From the IMG/VR virus record IMGVR_UViG_3300014656_000080, positions 1-35,304 of that record: a stretch of 35,304 nt of DNA; one strand, written 5' to 3'. This document shows, piece after piece, positions 34,719 to 35,304 of this stretch (position 1 is the first letter of the stretch; each line of letters starts with the position of its first letter). Both the position numbers and the translations under genes were made by a program. The notes under the pieces were generated by a model, which was not told the DNA's origin, did no database searches, and was given only the letters and a program-made list of their open reading frames with translations. The DNA comes from a virus. Taxonomy: Duplodnaviria > Caudoviricetes.

Positions 34719-35027
34719 TTATTGTTTTTTCCCCGGGAGGTTAATGATCAGTTTCGGATCTTTTTTCCCGAATTTTGCCTTGTGACGGACAGCTTCAAAA
34801 ATTTCCGGGGCCTCAACACGGATAATCGGAGGATGAAGACCAACACCTTCCGGATCTTCGTAAAGACATTCAATGCCTTCCCCTTGGAGAGAACCATTGA
34901 ACATTTCACATTGTGAGCAGTGGTCTTCAGCAAACTCTTGGTTGTAAGAAATCACGGCCGACTGTTTTTCACAGTAAATAAAACTGGCGGAACCGCCGGT
35001 AAAATAATTTAGATGGTTATATTTCAA
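34719..35027 (-). CDS. Hypothetical Cys-containing protein (102 aa)
   Basis: TTG start with RBS AAGGAG; CSQC...C. Confidence 0.6.
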   Translation of the reverse strand: MKYNHLNYFTGGSASFIYCEKQSAVISYNQEFAEDHCSQCEMFNGSLQGEGIECLYEDPEGVGLHPPIIRVEAPEIFEAVRHKAKFGKKDPKLIINLPGKKQ

Positions 35028-35046
35028 ATTTTATTCTCCTTAAATA

Positions 35047-35304
35047 TTAAACCAATTCCATATCGATCCAATACATTGGCAGGACCGCTTCTTGCCTTTT
35101 AACACAATGTTCACTGTTTACAAGGGGACTATAATACCCGGGCACTGTTTTACCCTTAGGACCAAAAATGGTATCAGCGGAATTGGCATCGTCGTGGTTT
35201 CCTTTGTGGGAAGTTTTGACGTTGGTATTATCGGGTTGGTGGGCTTTATCATGCACTTTCCCGAAAGAGCACTTGTTCAAGAACATAACACCCCTGACAC
35301 CCGG
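35047..35304 (-). CDS. C-terminal part of a PARP-like ADP-ribosyltransferase domain protein (truncated by the window edge)
   Basis: Frame is open to the window end; GVMFLNKCSFG...TIFGPKGKTVP...LVNSEHCV...VLPMYWID follows the PARP catalytic C-terminal pattern with a candidate catalytic Glu. Confidence 0.6.
   Translation of the reverse strand, partial: PGVRGVMFLNKCSFGKVHDKAHQPDNTNVKTSHKGNHDDANSADTIFGPKGKTVPGYYSPLVNSEHCVKRQEAVLPMYWIDMELV

Noticed and set aside
34716-34721. In-frame TAA-ATG junction suggesting readthrough or a split gene between the 102-aa and HD ORFs
   Set aside because: The same TAAATG junction joins other ordinary gene pairs here (8714/8713, 19986/19985), so simple translational coupling explains it.

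Overview
The window is a 35 kb stretch of a contractile-tailed (myovirus) phage or prophage. Its virion morphogenesis module resembles the Twort/K/SPO1-type module and lies almost entirely on the minus strand. In transcription order (right to left) it holds: (1) putative head-packaged cargo genes: a truncated PARP-like ADP-ribosyltransferase, an HD phosphohydrolase and a KOW + sigma70-like protein; (2) head genes: MuF-like protein, Com-like Zn ribbon, prohead protease, scaffold and major capsid protein; (3) a cupin, a holin-like gene and neck genes interrupted by an 893-aa multi-module protein; (4) tail genes: sheath, tube, chaperone pair with a likely +1 frameshift, tape measure, hub, spike, fused baseplate protein, baseplate J, wedge and tail fibre. 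The most striking element follows the tail fibre and has its own promoter. It is a tightly coupled cassette encoding an HxH-repeat fibre-tip-like protein ending in YCSTDCDCDCSDNA, an unknown 315-aa protein and two radical SAM/SPASM enzymes. This looks like a RiPP-type maturation system aimed at a virion protein. A palindromic operator AGTAA-N4-TTACT recurs upstream of five transcription units. At the left end, a catalytic-domain-only tyrosine recombinase on the plus strand is preceded by an ATCAT/TCATATGA repeat array. All functional calls come from motif recognition by eye; no database searches were run.
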